DNA of 64,000 bases, from the NCBI GenBank assembly GCA_028826165.1, contig JAPDFW010000062.1:1-64000 (forward strand), read 5' to 3'. The position numbers and the translations under genes are program-made. The stretch is from Anaeramoeba ignava BMAN (lineage: Eukaryota > Protista > Anaeramoebae). Of this stretch, positions 13,320 through 27,500 are shown one piece after another. How positions within the stretch are numbered: the stretch's first letter is position 1; every line of letters starts with the position of its first letter. The notes below the pieces were generated by a model that did no database searches, was not told the origin of the DNA, and worked only from the letters and a program-made list of their open reading frames with translations.

Positions 13320-14005
13320 AATTCTAAATAATTTTATAAATAATTTTATAATTAATTTTCTAAATAATTTTTTATAATTTTTAATTTTTATAAATAATAA
13401 TTTTATAAATAATTTTATAAATAATTTAATTAATTTTATAAATAATAATTTTATAAATAATTTTATAAATAATTTTATAAATAATTTTATAAATAATTTT
13501 ATAAATAATTTTATAAATAATTTTATAAATAATTTTATAAATAATTTTATAAATAATTTTATAAATAATTTTATATAATTAATTTTATAAATAATTTTAT
13601 AAATAATTTTATAAATAATTTTATAATTAATTTTATAAATAATTTTATAATTAATTTTATAAATAATTTTATAAATAATTTTATATTTAATTTTATAAAT
13701 AATTTTATAAATAATTTTATAAATAATTTTATAAATAATTTTATAAATAAATATTTTAATTTTATAATTAATTTTATAAATAATTTTCTAAATAATAAAT
13801 AATTTTATAAATAATTTTATAAATAATTTTATAAATAATTTTATAAATAATTTTATAAATAATTTTATAAATAATTTTATAAATAATTTTATAAATAATT
13901 TTATAAATAATTTTATAAATAATTTTATAAATAATTTTATAAATAATTTTATAAATAATTTTATAAATAATTTTATAATTAATTTTATAATTAATTTTCT
14001 AAATT
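13320..14005. repeat. 12-bp (AAATAATTTTAT)n intergenic minisatellite
   Basis: Direct reading. The same unit recurs in the TFIIE-beta intron and, inverted, in a RasGAP intron. Confidence 0.95.
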
Positions 14006-14072
14006 AAATTTATTTGTAAAATGTTTTTTAAATGAAAAAAAAAGAATCAAAAAAGAAGAAACAGAAATTTCT

Positions 14073-17000
14073 TCATTTCTTCTTTTTAATTTTTTCAATA
14101 GTTTCAATATTAAAATCAACAATTTCAGTAGTTAAAGTAATATCCTTTTTCAGATTTTGAAATAACACGAACAACACCTCCTGGAATTGAATCAGACATC
14201 CAAACAATATGTATAGTTTTCTTTCCATTTTCATCAAGTGTATAACCTTCATATTTAATACATAATAAAGGACGATTTCCAACATAAATTTCTTCTCTTA
14301 ATTTAACTGCAACCTTTTTAATAATTTAATTTTTAAATTTAAATTTATAAATGAATTTTAATTTTATAAATGAATTTACTCTTTCACTATAACTTGAATT
14401 TGTTTCATCTCTTGCAACAGTTTTAATTGGAAATTTAATTTCTTCTGCAATCCATTGACTTCTTTCAATTGTATTATTTTCATTTGCTATTGTTTTCCAT
14501 ACATTACAACTATACCATCTTCCTTCAATATTCATAATTTGTCCACCAAGTTGAATCTTTATTTAATTAAATTTAATTCAATTTAATTAAATTTTAAATT
14601 TTTAAATTAAATTTAATTTAATACTTTTTCTCCTGTTAATTTCCCAAACATATTGTTCTTTTCTTCTGTACTTAATGATACAATTTTTGTATCTTGAACC
14701 ATTCCACGCTCTTTTTTCCTTTTTTCAATTTTCAATGAATATGTTTTTTTTGTAACTGAATATAAAGTATAAGTTATAAATCTCGTTTTTTGTTCTTGAT
14801 CACTCCGCCAAGTTTTTGTTGAAATAAAAGAACCTTCTTTACAATTAATCCATTTATAAGATTTCTTATGTTTTTTTTTCTTTTTTTGAGAAATAATTGC
14901 TTGATATGTATTTTCATTTCCTAATAAATTTGCACAATTATCACAAACTCGGCATGGAGTTTCAATTCCATATTTATAAATAGGCATTTTTTTAGAACAA
15001 CATGTTGAACAAAAAATTAATCCACAATTTCTACAATGATGTCTTCTTTTACGAACAGTAAATGGTGCTCGGCAATTCATGCAATTCTGTGTTAAATTAT
15101 TCTCCATCCATTCCGCTTTTTCAAATAGTTGAGTATTTAAAATTCGAGAATCGTTTGAAGAAATCAGAACATTTTCAATTTTTAATTTCCATCCTAATCC
15201 AGCTAATTCAAAGAAAAAGATATTTGTTTTATTTTCAATGAATTTTCAATGAATTTTTAAATTTATACATTCAACTCCAAGTTCTATTTGTGAACCTATA
15301 TCAACTGAGGATTTAATTATTTTTTTCTTTAATCCCTGTTTATTTTTTAAAATTTCATGGAGACTTTGCTTTCTTTTAGAATCTTTTGGTTGATTTGAAA
15401 CTGAGGATTTATCAACAAAAGTTTTTGATCTTCTGGATTTATTTTCTTTTGGTTTTTCCAAATTGTCTATATTAATATTTGAATTATTTGAATTATTTGA
15501 ATTATTTGAATTATTTGAATTATCAATAATTTGAGTTGATAAAGATTCCCTAATTGTTTCAAATGCTTTTTTTGATCTCATCCAAAGTAAAATATCGCTT
15601 GATGCAGTAACAGATATTAAATAAATTGAAACAGCACATTTTTCAAAATATCGGAAACCAAGTCGAGCTTCAACAACTCTATCCCCAACTTTTCCTGGGA
15701 TAATTCCTGTTCCAAAATATCCATCTATTGCATTTGCAAATGGATCTACATATGATTCACCTTTTACCCATCCATGAAAAGTAAATGAACCTTTAAAATC
15801 CTTAAAAAATAATTTATAAATTAAGAATTTATTCCAGTTAAATTTGTTTGAGTTTTGGAATTATAATCATTACTTTTCCTGGAATAAAAATAGGACTTCC
15901 AAAAACTTCAAATCCACTTAAATCAAGTTCCTTTTTTTTGATTAAATTTTAAAAGAAATATTGAATATATTTTTTTTTAAAAAAAAAATAAAATGATTTT
16001 ATAAAAACCTCCATTGCTTGTGATAAAAGATAAGATAAAGTAACATTCTTATTTGGGATTGCTTTAACTAAAAGATAAGCAAGCATATCTTCACCAACAA
16101 TAAGTTGAACTTCACAAATAGTTTGATTTTCTGGTTGATCTTCTTGTTCTCGAATCTAAAAATATAAATATAAATATAAATATAAATATAAATATTAATT
16201 GAAATTGAAATTTTAAGTTGAGATCAAAAATTACTGTCCAATTCATTGGTGCAAAAAAATTAATTGAAGGATTTCCACCATTCCAAACTGGATAATCTTG
16301 AATTGGTTGTTCAATATCTGAAGATAATTCGAATGTGCTACATGCAATTAAAAAATGATTTTTAAATTGATCCCAAAGAGAAGCTCTTGAGACACCACTA
16401 AAAAAAAAGAAAATTGATTTATAAAAAGAAATTAGAAAAGGAAATTAATTTAAATATATTAAATTCACACCATATCATAAAAAGAGTATTTTGTTGAATA
16501 AAAGCCATAGCTCTCATAATAACTGTACTTTCAACTTGAACTAGATTAGTTATTAGAATTAATAATTTAATTTATAATTTTAATTTATAATTTAATTTAT
16601 ATTTTATTTATAATTTTATTTATAATTTTATTTATAATTTTATTTATAATTTTATTTATAATTTTATTTATAATTTTATTTATAATTTTATTTTATTTAT
16701 AATTTTATTTATAATTTAATTTATAATTTTATTTATAATTTTATTTATAATTTAATTTATAATTTTATTTATAATTTTATTTATAATTTAATTTATAATT
16801 TTATTTATAATTTTATTTATAATTTAATTTATAATTTTATTTATAATTTTATTTATAATTTTATTTATAATTTAATTTATAATTTAATTTATAATTTAAT
16901 TTATATTTTATTTATAATTTTATTTATAATTTAATTTATAATTTTAATTTATAATTTTTTTATTTATAATTTAATTTATAATTTAATTTATATTTTATTT

Positions 17001-17959
17001 ATAATTTTATTTATAATTTAATTTATAATTTAATTTATAATTTTATTTATAATTTTATTTATAATTTTATTTATAATTTTATTTATATTTTTATTTTAAT
17101 TTTAATTTATAATTTTTATTTATAATTTAATTTATAATTTTATTTATAATTTTATTTAATTTATAATTTTATTTATAATTTAATTTATAATTTTTTTTAT
17201 TTATAATTTTAATTTATAATTTTATTTATAATTTAATTTATAATTTAATTTATAATTTAATTTATAATTTTATTTATAATTTTATTTATAATTTTATTTA
17301 TAATTTAATTTATAATTTAATTTATAATTTAATTTATAATTTAATTTATAATTTTATTTATAATTTAATTTATAATTTATTTATAATTTTATTTATAATT
17401 TAATTTATAATTTTATTTATAATTTAATTTATAATTTTATTTATATTTTTATTTATAATTTTATTTATAATTTAATTTATAATTTAATTTATAATTTTAT
17501 TTATAATTTTATTTATAATTTTATTTATAATTTAATTTCATTCAAAATACATTTAAAAGCCCCTACATCAAGAACTAAATCTTTTGTAGGAGAATACCAC
17601 CATTTTGAAGAGAATATTTGAAAACTATCACTTCTACAAAAAAAATCGACCCAATCAGCCAAATTAATTTCAAAAGGAAGAGAAGTTGCAGAAACTGAAA
17701 CAAAAGGAGCATTTGGATCAACTTCTGGCGCAAATAAACCAATAAGTTTCCATTGTGGAAATTTGTCACTGCCTTCATTGATGTCAATGTCAGTTACCCA
17801 GTTTTTTGGTAATGTAATGTTATATCCAAGTTTATTATTATGTTTTGGCACAACTTGTATTTGATGATGTGTTTTTTTTATTGTGTCTGTCCGATGTTTC
17901 GGGATTGTCGGAAGATCAAATAATGTTTGTGTCAATGTATTTTTTTTTTCAATGTTCAT
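14073..17959 (-). CDS. FYVE-domain protein with unrecognised N- and C-terminal domains; exons ~17959-17551, 16540-16471, 16397-16235, 16155-16009, 15930-15874, 15800-15269, 15202-14625, 14556-14380, 14313-~14073
   Basis: Canonical FYVE CMNCRAPFTVRKRRHHCRNCGLIFCSTCC..RVCDNC. Eight phase-consistent GT-AG introns; probable frameshift error near 14148. Confidence 0.8.
16560..17535. repeat. (TTTTATTTATAA)n intronic minisatellite
   Basis: Direct reading; fills intron 17550-16541. Confidence 0.95.
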
Positions 17960-18184
17960 TTTATTCCGGAAAATTGTTGCGTTTTTTTTTTTCAATTTTT
18001 TAATGTCAATTATTTCAAATTTATTATTTTTTTTTATTCAATTATTTTGTTAAAGAAATATAAAGCAAAAAGAAGAAGAAAAAGTGAAAAAAATGAAAAC
18101 AAAAAAAATGAAAAAAAAATTTTTTTTCTCCTTTTAAAAAAAAATAAAAAGAGAAAAAAATTTCCTTAAAAAATAAATCTATTT

Positions 18185-20290
18185 TTAAAAATAAAACCAT
18201 TTTCAATCTAATTCTAAATTTAGATCTAAATTAATTTATAAATTAAAACTTGTTTAAATATAAATTGAAAATTAATATAAAATTGATTAAAAAAAAGGTA
18301 AATTTTTTTATTTAAAATTTAATTAATATTTAATAATAAATTTAATTTGAATTTAATTCTAAATTTAGATCTAAATTAATTTATAAATTCAAAATTGTTT
18401 AAATATAAATTAGAAATTAATATAAAATTGATTAAAAATAAAACCATTTTCAATCTAATTCTAAATTTAGATCTAAATTAATTTATAAATTTAAACTTGT
18501 TTAAATATAAATTAGAAATTAATATAAAATTGATTAAAAAAAAGGTAAATTTTTTTATTTAAAAATCTAATTAATATTTAATAATAGATTTACTTTGAAT
18601 CTAATTCTAAATTTAGATCTAAATTAATTTATAAATTTAAACTTGTTTAAATATAAATTGAAAATTAAAATAAAATTGATTAAAAAAAAAGGTAAATTTT
18701 TTTTATTTAAAATCTAATTAATATTTAATTATAGATTTACTTTGAATTCAATTCCAAATTTAGATCCAAATTAATTTATAAATTTAAAACTTGTTTAAAT
18801 ATAAATTGAAAATTAAAATAAAATTGATTAAAAAAAAATGTAAATTTTTTTATTTAAAAATCTAATTAATATTTAATTATAGATTTAATTTGAATTCAAT
18901 TCTAAATTTAGATCTAAATTAATTTATAAATTAAAACTTGTTTAAATATAAATTGAAAATTAATATAAAATTGATTAAAAAAAAGGTAAATTTTTTTATT
19001 TAAAATTTAATTAATATTTAATAATAGATTTAATTTAGATCTAATCTTAAACTTAGATCTAAATTAATTTATAAATTTAAAACTTGTTTAAATATAAATT
19101 AGAAATTAATATAAAATTGATTAAAAAAAATGTAAATTTTTTTATTTAAAATTTAATTAATATTTAATAATAAATTTAATTTGAATTTAATTCTAAATTT
19201 AGATCTAAAATTAATTTATGAATTAAAAATTGTTTAAATATAAATTGAAAATTAATATAAAATTGATTAAAAAGATAAATTTTTTTATTTAAAATTTAAT
19301 TAATATTTAATAATAAATTTACTTTGGATCTAATCTTAAACTTAGATCTAAATTAATTTATAAATTTAAAACTTGTTTAAATATAAATTAGAAATTAATA
19401 TAAAATTGATTAAAAAAAAGGGTAAATTTTTTTATTTAAAATTTAATTAATATTTAATTATAAATTTACTTTGAATCTAATTCTAAATTTAGATCTAAAT
19501 TAATTTATAAATTTAAAACTTGTTTAAATATAAATTGAAAATTAATATAAAATTGATTAAAAAAAAGGTAAATTTTTTTATTTAAAATCTAAATAATATT
19601 TAATAATAGATTTAATTTGAATTTAATTCTAAATTTAGATCTAAATTAATTTATAAATTAAAACTTGTTTAAATATAAATTGAAAATTAAAATAAAATTG
19701 ATTAAAAAGATAAATTTTTTTATTTAAAATTTAATTAATATTTAATAATAGATTTACTTTGAATTCAATTCTAAATTTAGATCCAAATTAATTTATAAAT
19801 TTAAACTTGTTTAAATATAAATTGAAAATTAATATAAAATTGACTAAAAAAAAGATAAATTTTTTTATTTAAAAATCTAATTAATATTTAATAATAGATT
19901 TAATTTGAATTTAATTCTAAATTTAGATCTAAATTAATTTATAAATTAAAAATTGTTTAAATATAAATTGAAAATTAAAATAAAATTGATTAAAAAAAAT
20001 GTAAATTTTTATTTAAAATCTAAATAATATTTAATTATAAATTTACTTTCAATCTAATTCTAAATTTAGATCTAAATTAATTTATAAATTAAAACTTGTT
20101 TAAATATAAATTGAAAATTAATATAAAATTGATTAAAAAAAAATGTAAATTCTTTTATTTAAAATTTAAATAATATTTAATAATAGATTTACTTTTAGAT
20201 CTAATCTTAAATTTAAAAGATCTAAATGAAAATTTTAAAAATTAAAAACTTGTTTAAATATAAAATTGAAAATTAAAAATAAAATTGTTA
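18185..20290. repeat. Tandem satellite, ~146-bp unit, ~15 copies, palindrome-rich
   Basis: The AGATC(T/C) core recurs at 18222, 18367, 18469, 18615, 18762, 18910, 19055, 19201, 19344, 19491, 19637, 19779, 19925, 20068 and 20218. Confidence 0.93.
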
Positions 20291-20919
20291 AATAAAAATA
20301 AAAATAAAAATAAAAATAAAAATAAAAATTGATGAAAGAAAATTAATAATTTTTTTTATTTTTGGATATAATTGATATTTAATTATAGAGGCATTTAAAA
20401 TATAATTCTAAATTTAGATCTAAATATATTTATAAATATAAAGTTGATGAAATCTATACAAATTAAAAGAAAATAAATTATTTGTAAAAATGCCAAATCA
20501 TCAAATTTTTTTAAATTAAAGATAAATTAGGAATTAATTAAGGAAATTATAAAAAGAAGATTTGTTTTTTTAATTAAAATCAATTTAAAATTTAAATTTA
20601 AGAAGACTAACACGTTTTATTTTGAAAAGATTGGTTTTCCTTTATTTATTTTCTTGAAGAAGGGGGTTTTTTCTAATTAAAAAAAATCTTTCAAAAAATT
20701 TAAAAAAGAAAAAATTAATTGAATTAATTTGATTTGTTTTTGTTTTTGTTTTTTTAAATTTAATAATTAAATGATCAAAATTCTTTTTTATTTTATTGTT
20801 TCATTTTTTAAAAAAAAAATTAGAAACAATCCAAAATCATTTTTTCATTTATTCCTTTATTCATTTTTTCATCTATTTCTTATTTTTTTATTTAAATTTA
20901 AATTTAAATTTAAATTAAA

Positions 20920-21413
20920 ATGTCAACATCTCAAATAACAACTCGTTCAAAATCAAAAAGAAAAATAGAGACTTATAAACTTGATAAACCAACACAAAGT
21001 ATTCTTCTTCCAACTGAAAGTAAAAGAATTCTTTTAATTTGGCTTTTTTATAATATTCAAAATCCTTATCCAACAAAAAGAGAGAAACAACAACTTTGTG
21101 AAAAAGCAAATATGAATCTTGAACAAGTTAATAATTTCTTTATTAATGCAAGAGTAAGTAATTAATAAATTAAATTAAATTTTTTTTTTTTCATCAAATT
21201 TTTTTTCTTTTCATCAAATTTTTTTAGAGAAGAATTTTAAGACCAATTGTTGAAGCTATTCAAGAAGAAGAAAAAAAAAAAGATTCACCAACAACTCATC
21301 AAATGAGATTAAAATCTGGAAAAAAAATTCCTGTTTCAGAAATTGATTTTGAACATTCACCAACTTTAAATTCAAAAAATAATTATGATAATTTTGAAAG
21401 TGGACAAAATTAA
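20920..21413 (+). CDS. TALE-class homeodomain protein; exons 20920-21153, 21228-21413
   Basis: LLIWLFYNIQNPYPTKREKQQL..QVNNFFINAR|RRILRP, with the PYP TALE insertion and a GTAAGT..TTTAG intron. Confidence 0.9.
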
Positions 21414-21565
21414 AATTCCAAAAAAAGAATTTGTTTTTTTTCCTTTTTTTTTAATGATAATAAAATAAAAATTTTTTCTTTAAATTATTTTTGAAAAATT
21501 TTTTTTATTTTGGAATCATTCATTTTGAAAAGAAATAATTAAAATAATTGAAATAATTGAAATAA

Positions 21566-24500
21566 TTAATTCGCAATCAAAGAATATTCTTTTTGTTTAT
21601 TCTTTTTTTTTGATTTTTCTTGATTTGAATTTTCTTTTTCATCCAAATCATCTTCTTCAAGAGTAATTAATTGAGTAGATTCATTTGTATAAACAGGAAC
21701 TTGAGGTAATTGGATTTCTACTGGTTTTGGGATAGTTAAATTTTGTGGAGGCATATTAACAAAATTTTGAACAGGAAAAGGATTTTTTTGAATATTTTTT
21801 TGATTATAATTTTGTTGTTGGAAATTTTGGATATAATTTTGTTGGTTGTTTTGTTGTTGGAAATTTTGAATATAATTTTGTTGGTTGTTTTGTTGTTGGA
21901 AATTTTGGATATAATTTTGTTGTTGTAAATTTTGTTGTTGTAAATTTTGTTGTTGTAAATTTTGTTGTTGTAAATTTTGTTGTTGTAAATTTTGTTGTTG
22001 TAAATTTTGGTTTGAATTCATTAAAGGTCCAGGAAAAATATTAACTTGAGGTTGATTCATATTTGTTGAATAATAATATTTGTTTTTTTCTCCCATTTCT
22101 TGCATTTCAATTTCCATCAAAATATTTGCATTATGAATTTTATTATTTTCAAGCCATTCGCGTGCCTCTTTAGTCAAATTCTTATCAAGAAAACGTTGAT
22201 GAACCACAGCACGATTATAGTCTGCAATACGCTGACGAATTTGTAAGACAATTTCAGATTCTTCAGGAAATGTTTCATAAACCTCTTTCATAACAGCAAT
22301 TTTTTTCTGATAATTTGACTCCAAAATGTCTTCAGAAGAGAATTTAATAGGATCTAATGATATTGGTTCAGGAAACATTGAAGACCCGATTTTGGGGAGT
22401 AGATTTTGCTTGAGAAAATTGTCGAGTTTATTGTCGCGAAAGAAATCAGGCGAACTTGTGAACAATTTATGACAAATTCTCAATGTGGCAAGATAATCAC
22501 CAGATGAAAAGGCTTTTTGCATTTGTTCATATTCACTTGTTGCTTTTGAGATGATTTTGCTTGCATTTTTTCCTTCTTTTCCAAGTGAAAATCCGCTTCC
22601 AATCATGGATTTCTTAATGATTTCATTTGAAACATAATCGTCGATAATTTTGGACCAAATTGGGGATAATTTTTTGAGATCAGGCAAAATTTTGAGTCCA
22701 GTTTCACTAACAATAAAACTAAGAATAGCCTTTTCATTTCCTTCTTCGCCAACCTTATTGATATTTTCGATAATTAAAGGGTCTGGTTTTCCATCGAGAC
22801 TGGGAAGTTTCTGACTCAACTTTGCTCCTCTAACAAGAAGAGACACACATTTTCCAAAAACTGGAGGTTTAAGAACAGCAAGTGTTCGGATCAAAGTGGA
22901 TGATCCAACTGCCAAATCATGGGTCGTTTTGACATGATCAATACTTCCAAATCTTTTGATGTTATTGACTTCAAATGCTTGAAGAATTCTGTCAGAATTT
23001 TCCGAAATCATTCCTGGAAACAGAAGCATATCCTTCGCTGCTTGAAGAACAACATCGAGATCTTGTATTTCTAAGCATAAATATGGTACAAATTTTGATA
23101 GTGCAAAATATGTTTGTTTTCCTCCAATTTTAAACGCTTTTTTAGTCATATCTTCTTCAAGATTTACAATATCATCAGGAAATCTTTTGAGTATATTTGA
23201 AATTATTTCATCCATGTTGGAAGACTGTGTGAAGGATTGATATTGATGTGAGATGTTTTTAAATTTAGTGATTGGTTTTCTGAAAATGATTTATAAAGTG
23301 TAAGTGCAGATATTGCAAGATTAAATAAGGCAATTGCGTTGTTAGGTGTTGTTCTTATTGAGAGGATTTTGAGGTAACTAATGATTTTCTCTAAGTAATG
23401 GAAGTCTTTTTATTTTTTTAATTTTTAATTTTTAAATGAATTTTAATTTTAATTTTAATTTTTATCCGATTTTAATTTTAATTTTAATTTTAATTTTTAT
23501 TTATAAATGAATTTTAATTTTAATTTTATAAATTAATTTTAATTTTTAATTTTAATTTTGATTTTTATCTGATTTTAATTTTAATTTTAATTTATAAATG
23601 AATTTTAATTTTAAATTTAATTTTGATTTTATTTTTAATTTTAATTTTAATTTTTAATTTTTATCCGATTTTGATTTATAAATGAATTTTAATTTTAATT
23701 TTTTAAATTTAATTTTTAATTTTAATTTTTAATTTTTAATTTTAATTTTAAATTTAATTTTAATTTTAAATTTTGATTTTTATTTTTAATTTTTAATTTT
23801 AATTTTTTAATTTTAATTTTAATTTTAATTTTTAAATGAATTTTAATTTTAAATTTAATTTTAATTTGAATTTTAATTTTATAAATGAATTTTTGATTTT
23901 ATAAATGAATTTTTAATTTATAAATGAATTTTTAATTTTATAAATGAAATTTTATTTTATAAATGAAATTTTATTTTATAAATGAAATTTTATTTTATAA
24001 ATGAATTTTGAATTTATAAATGAATTTTAATTTTAATTTTTAAATTTAATTTTAATTTATAAATGAATTTTAATTTTTATCCGATTTTTGATTTTTAATT
24101 TTTAATTTTTATCCGGTTTTGATTTTTAAATGAATTTTAATTTTAATTTTAATTTTTAATTTTAATTTTAAATTTAATTTTAATTTTAATTTTAATTTAT
24201 TTTATAAATGAATTTTAATTTTATAAATGAATTTTAATTTTAAATTTAATTTTAATTTTTATCCGATTTTGATTTATAAATGAATTTTAATTTTATAAAT
24301 GAATTTTAATTTTGATTTTAAATTTAATTTTATTTTATAAATGAATTTTGATTTATAAATGAATTTTGATTTTATAAATGAATTTTAATTTATAAATGAA
24401 TTTTAATTTTATAAATGAATTTAAATTTTGATTTTCAATACCATTCTGAATAATATCATTTTGTGCATCTTTTGAATCCCCCTTTTCTTTCCGTTCCCAC

Positions 24501-27500
24501 ATCTCATTTAATACTTCATTTAACTTTATAAATCCTTGAAAAAATAAAGATTCCTGTTTAATAAAAAAAGAAGTATTAGAAGTTGCAAGCTCAATCAAAA
24601 TTTTAAGAGCAGGAATTGTAATAGAATCAACAAGGGAATTCAAAACAAGATTTTTCTGGGTGTCTGTGACCTCTGAAAGGGGATGAGCATCGACATCAGT
24701 TTCAGCATGAGCGCCAAGAAGCCTCATCATAATTTCATGAACTGCCTTGAACGTTCTATGATTGTGGCAAACCTCTGATCTCAAGGCATATTCAAGCCAT
24801 GAAATCAAGATCTGCCTTCTTTCATCATCTTGAGACAGATGAGTAGTGAAAACAAGAGCAGCAAGCTCTGTGAATCTCTCTGTCTCGTTATATCCATGTC
24901 TTATTGCTTCCAAAATTGTTTTAAAAAGTAAATTTCCGAGTAATAAAGATGGAACATGATCTTTGTTGATATAGAAAATTCTGAGACACTCGCGAAGAAG
25001 GTGTATCACCTCTTGCTCTGATTGGTCTCCAGAAATACCATCCAATTGCATATTCGCAATCTGCTTGTCAATAAAAGGCATCAGGAAAGTGGTCCAAGTG
25101 TGCTCATTAAATTTTTCCGAAATTCCGATGATTGTCGAGATTGTTTCCCGAGTCACAAGCTTATCGTCAAGAGCCATGTCCCAGAAATACTTGGATGACG
25201 GACACCTCTCAAGAAGTGCTGATAATGTTTCCAGGAACTCTTGCGAGCGCTCATTGGAATCCTCGGAATATTTCGACTTGGTAATTTTGTCACATGAAAG
25301 AAGTAAAGTTGTTAAAATTTGTTGATTTCTTTCAATATCAATGTTCTCCATGTTCTGCGAAGGATTCTGGATCTGCGCCTTCGTGATGTTGTCCTCCGCG
25401 TCCACTCTCTGAATAACTATTGTCCCCGTTGTTGTTGCAACATTGATGGAATATGTCAATTTTTCTGGGAAACTTGAATCATCATTCGAATTTTTTGAGT
25501 TTTGAATCCGATGAAGAATAATTTTAATCGGGGTAATATCACTTGAGTTGATTCCGCCAAGCTCCCAAAATGTGTCCAATGCCAAATAGTCGTTTGCTTG
25601 TTTTGAAAGCTCAATCAGAACTTCCTTTTGTTGGTAAGTTGATAGTGACTTTAAAATTTTCAGTGCGGATCTTCTTTGTGTCTCAAAAATTGTTGTTTGA
25701 CATGCAATATCAGTAAGAAGTTTGATTTGGAAATTAAAAACGGTTTTTGCGTTCTGGAACTTTGGCACTCCAAACTGTGATAAACTTAGTAAAACTTCCT
25801 CTAAACTCATTAAAATTTCCAGAGTTCGTAAAAATTCGATCCGATTTTCATCTGGAATTGAATCGGATTTTGTTGCGTTTTGGATAAGATTTGTTGTTTG
25901 AATTATAAAATTCAATAACTTATTTCCTTGGTCAATAATTAATAATGATAAAAACTTGGGTTTTGTTGTGAATATCTTGATAATTTTCCCAAAACTTCCT
26001 AATAAACTTCGAGCTGTGTAATCGTGGCAACTTGGATCAAATATAAGCCATTTTGGATGAAGTGCATCAATTGCATTGATTGTTGTTTCAATAATTGAAA
26101 TTATGAGTTGTTCGAATTGATTTTTTTGTGGGCTGAACATCAATACTCTAATATTTATTTCAATTTTTATTTCAATTTTTATTTATATATTTTAATTTTT
26201 ATTTCAATATTTATTTCAATATTTATTTCAATATTTATTTCAATATTTATTTCAATATTTATTTCAATATTTATTTCAATATTTATTTCAATATTTATTT
26301 CAATATTTATTTCAATATTTATTTCAATATTTATTTCAATATTTATTTCAATATTTATTTCAATATTTATTTCAATATTTATTTCAATATTTATTTCAAT
26401 ATTTATTTATATATTTATTTCAATATTTATTTATATATTTATTTCAATATTTATTTATATATTTATTTCAATATTTATTTTAATTTTTATTTCAATTTTT
26501 ATTTATTTTAATATTTACTTCAATATTTATTTATATATTTATATATTTATTTATATATTTATTTCAATATTTATTTCAATATTTATTTATATATTTATTT
26601 CAATATTTATTTCAATATTTATTTCAATATTTATTTTTAATTTTTTATTTTTTTTAATATTTTGTTTCAATATTTATTTATATATATTTATTTCAATATT
26701 TATTTTCAATATTTTTTTTAATATTGTTTATATTTATTTATATATTTGTTTTTTAATATTTTGTTTTTAATTTTTATTTATATATTTATTTTCAATATTT
26801 ATTTCAATATTTATTTCAATATTTATTTCAATATTTATTTCAATATTTGTTTCAATATTTATTTCAATATTTATTTCAATATTTATTTTTAATATTTATT
26901 TTAATATTTATTTATATATTTATTTATATATTTATTTCAATATTTTATTTCAATATTTATTTCAATATTTATTTCAATATTTATTTCAATGTTTATTTAT
27001 ATATTTATTTATATATTTATTTCAATATTTATTTATATATTTATTTATATTTTTATTTCAATATTTATTTTGTTTTTATTTTAATATTTATTTCAATTTT
27101 TATTTTTAATATTTATTTCAATATTTATTTATATATTTATTTTATATATTTATTTTATATTTTATTTTATATATTTATTTATATATTTATTTTATATTTT
27201 TATTTATTTATATATTTATTTATATTTATTTCAATATTTATTTCAATTTTTATTTATATATTTTAATTTTTATTTCAATATTTATTTATATTTATTTCAA
27301 TTTTTATTTATATATTTATTTCAATTTTTTATTTCAATATTTGTTTCAATATATATTTCAATATTTATTTATATATTTATTTATTTAATTATATATTTAT
27401 TTTATGTATTTGTTTTAATATTTATTTTAATTTTTATTTCAATATTTATTTCAATATTATTTCAATATTTATTTCAATATTTATTTCAATATTTATTTAT

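Noticed and set aside
18185-20290. CRISPR-like array (palindromic repeats at regular spacing)
   Set aside because: The whole unit is repeated, with no unique spacers and no cas genes, in a eukaryotic context.
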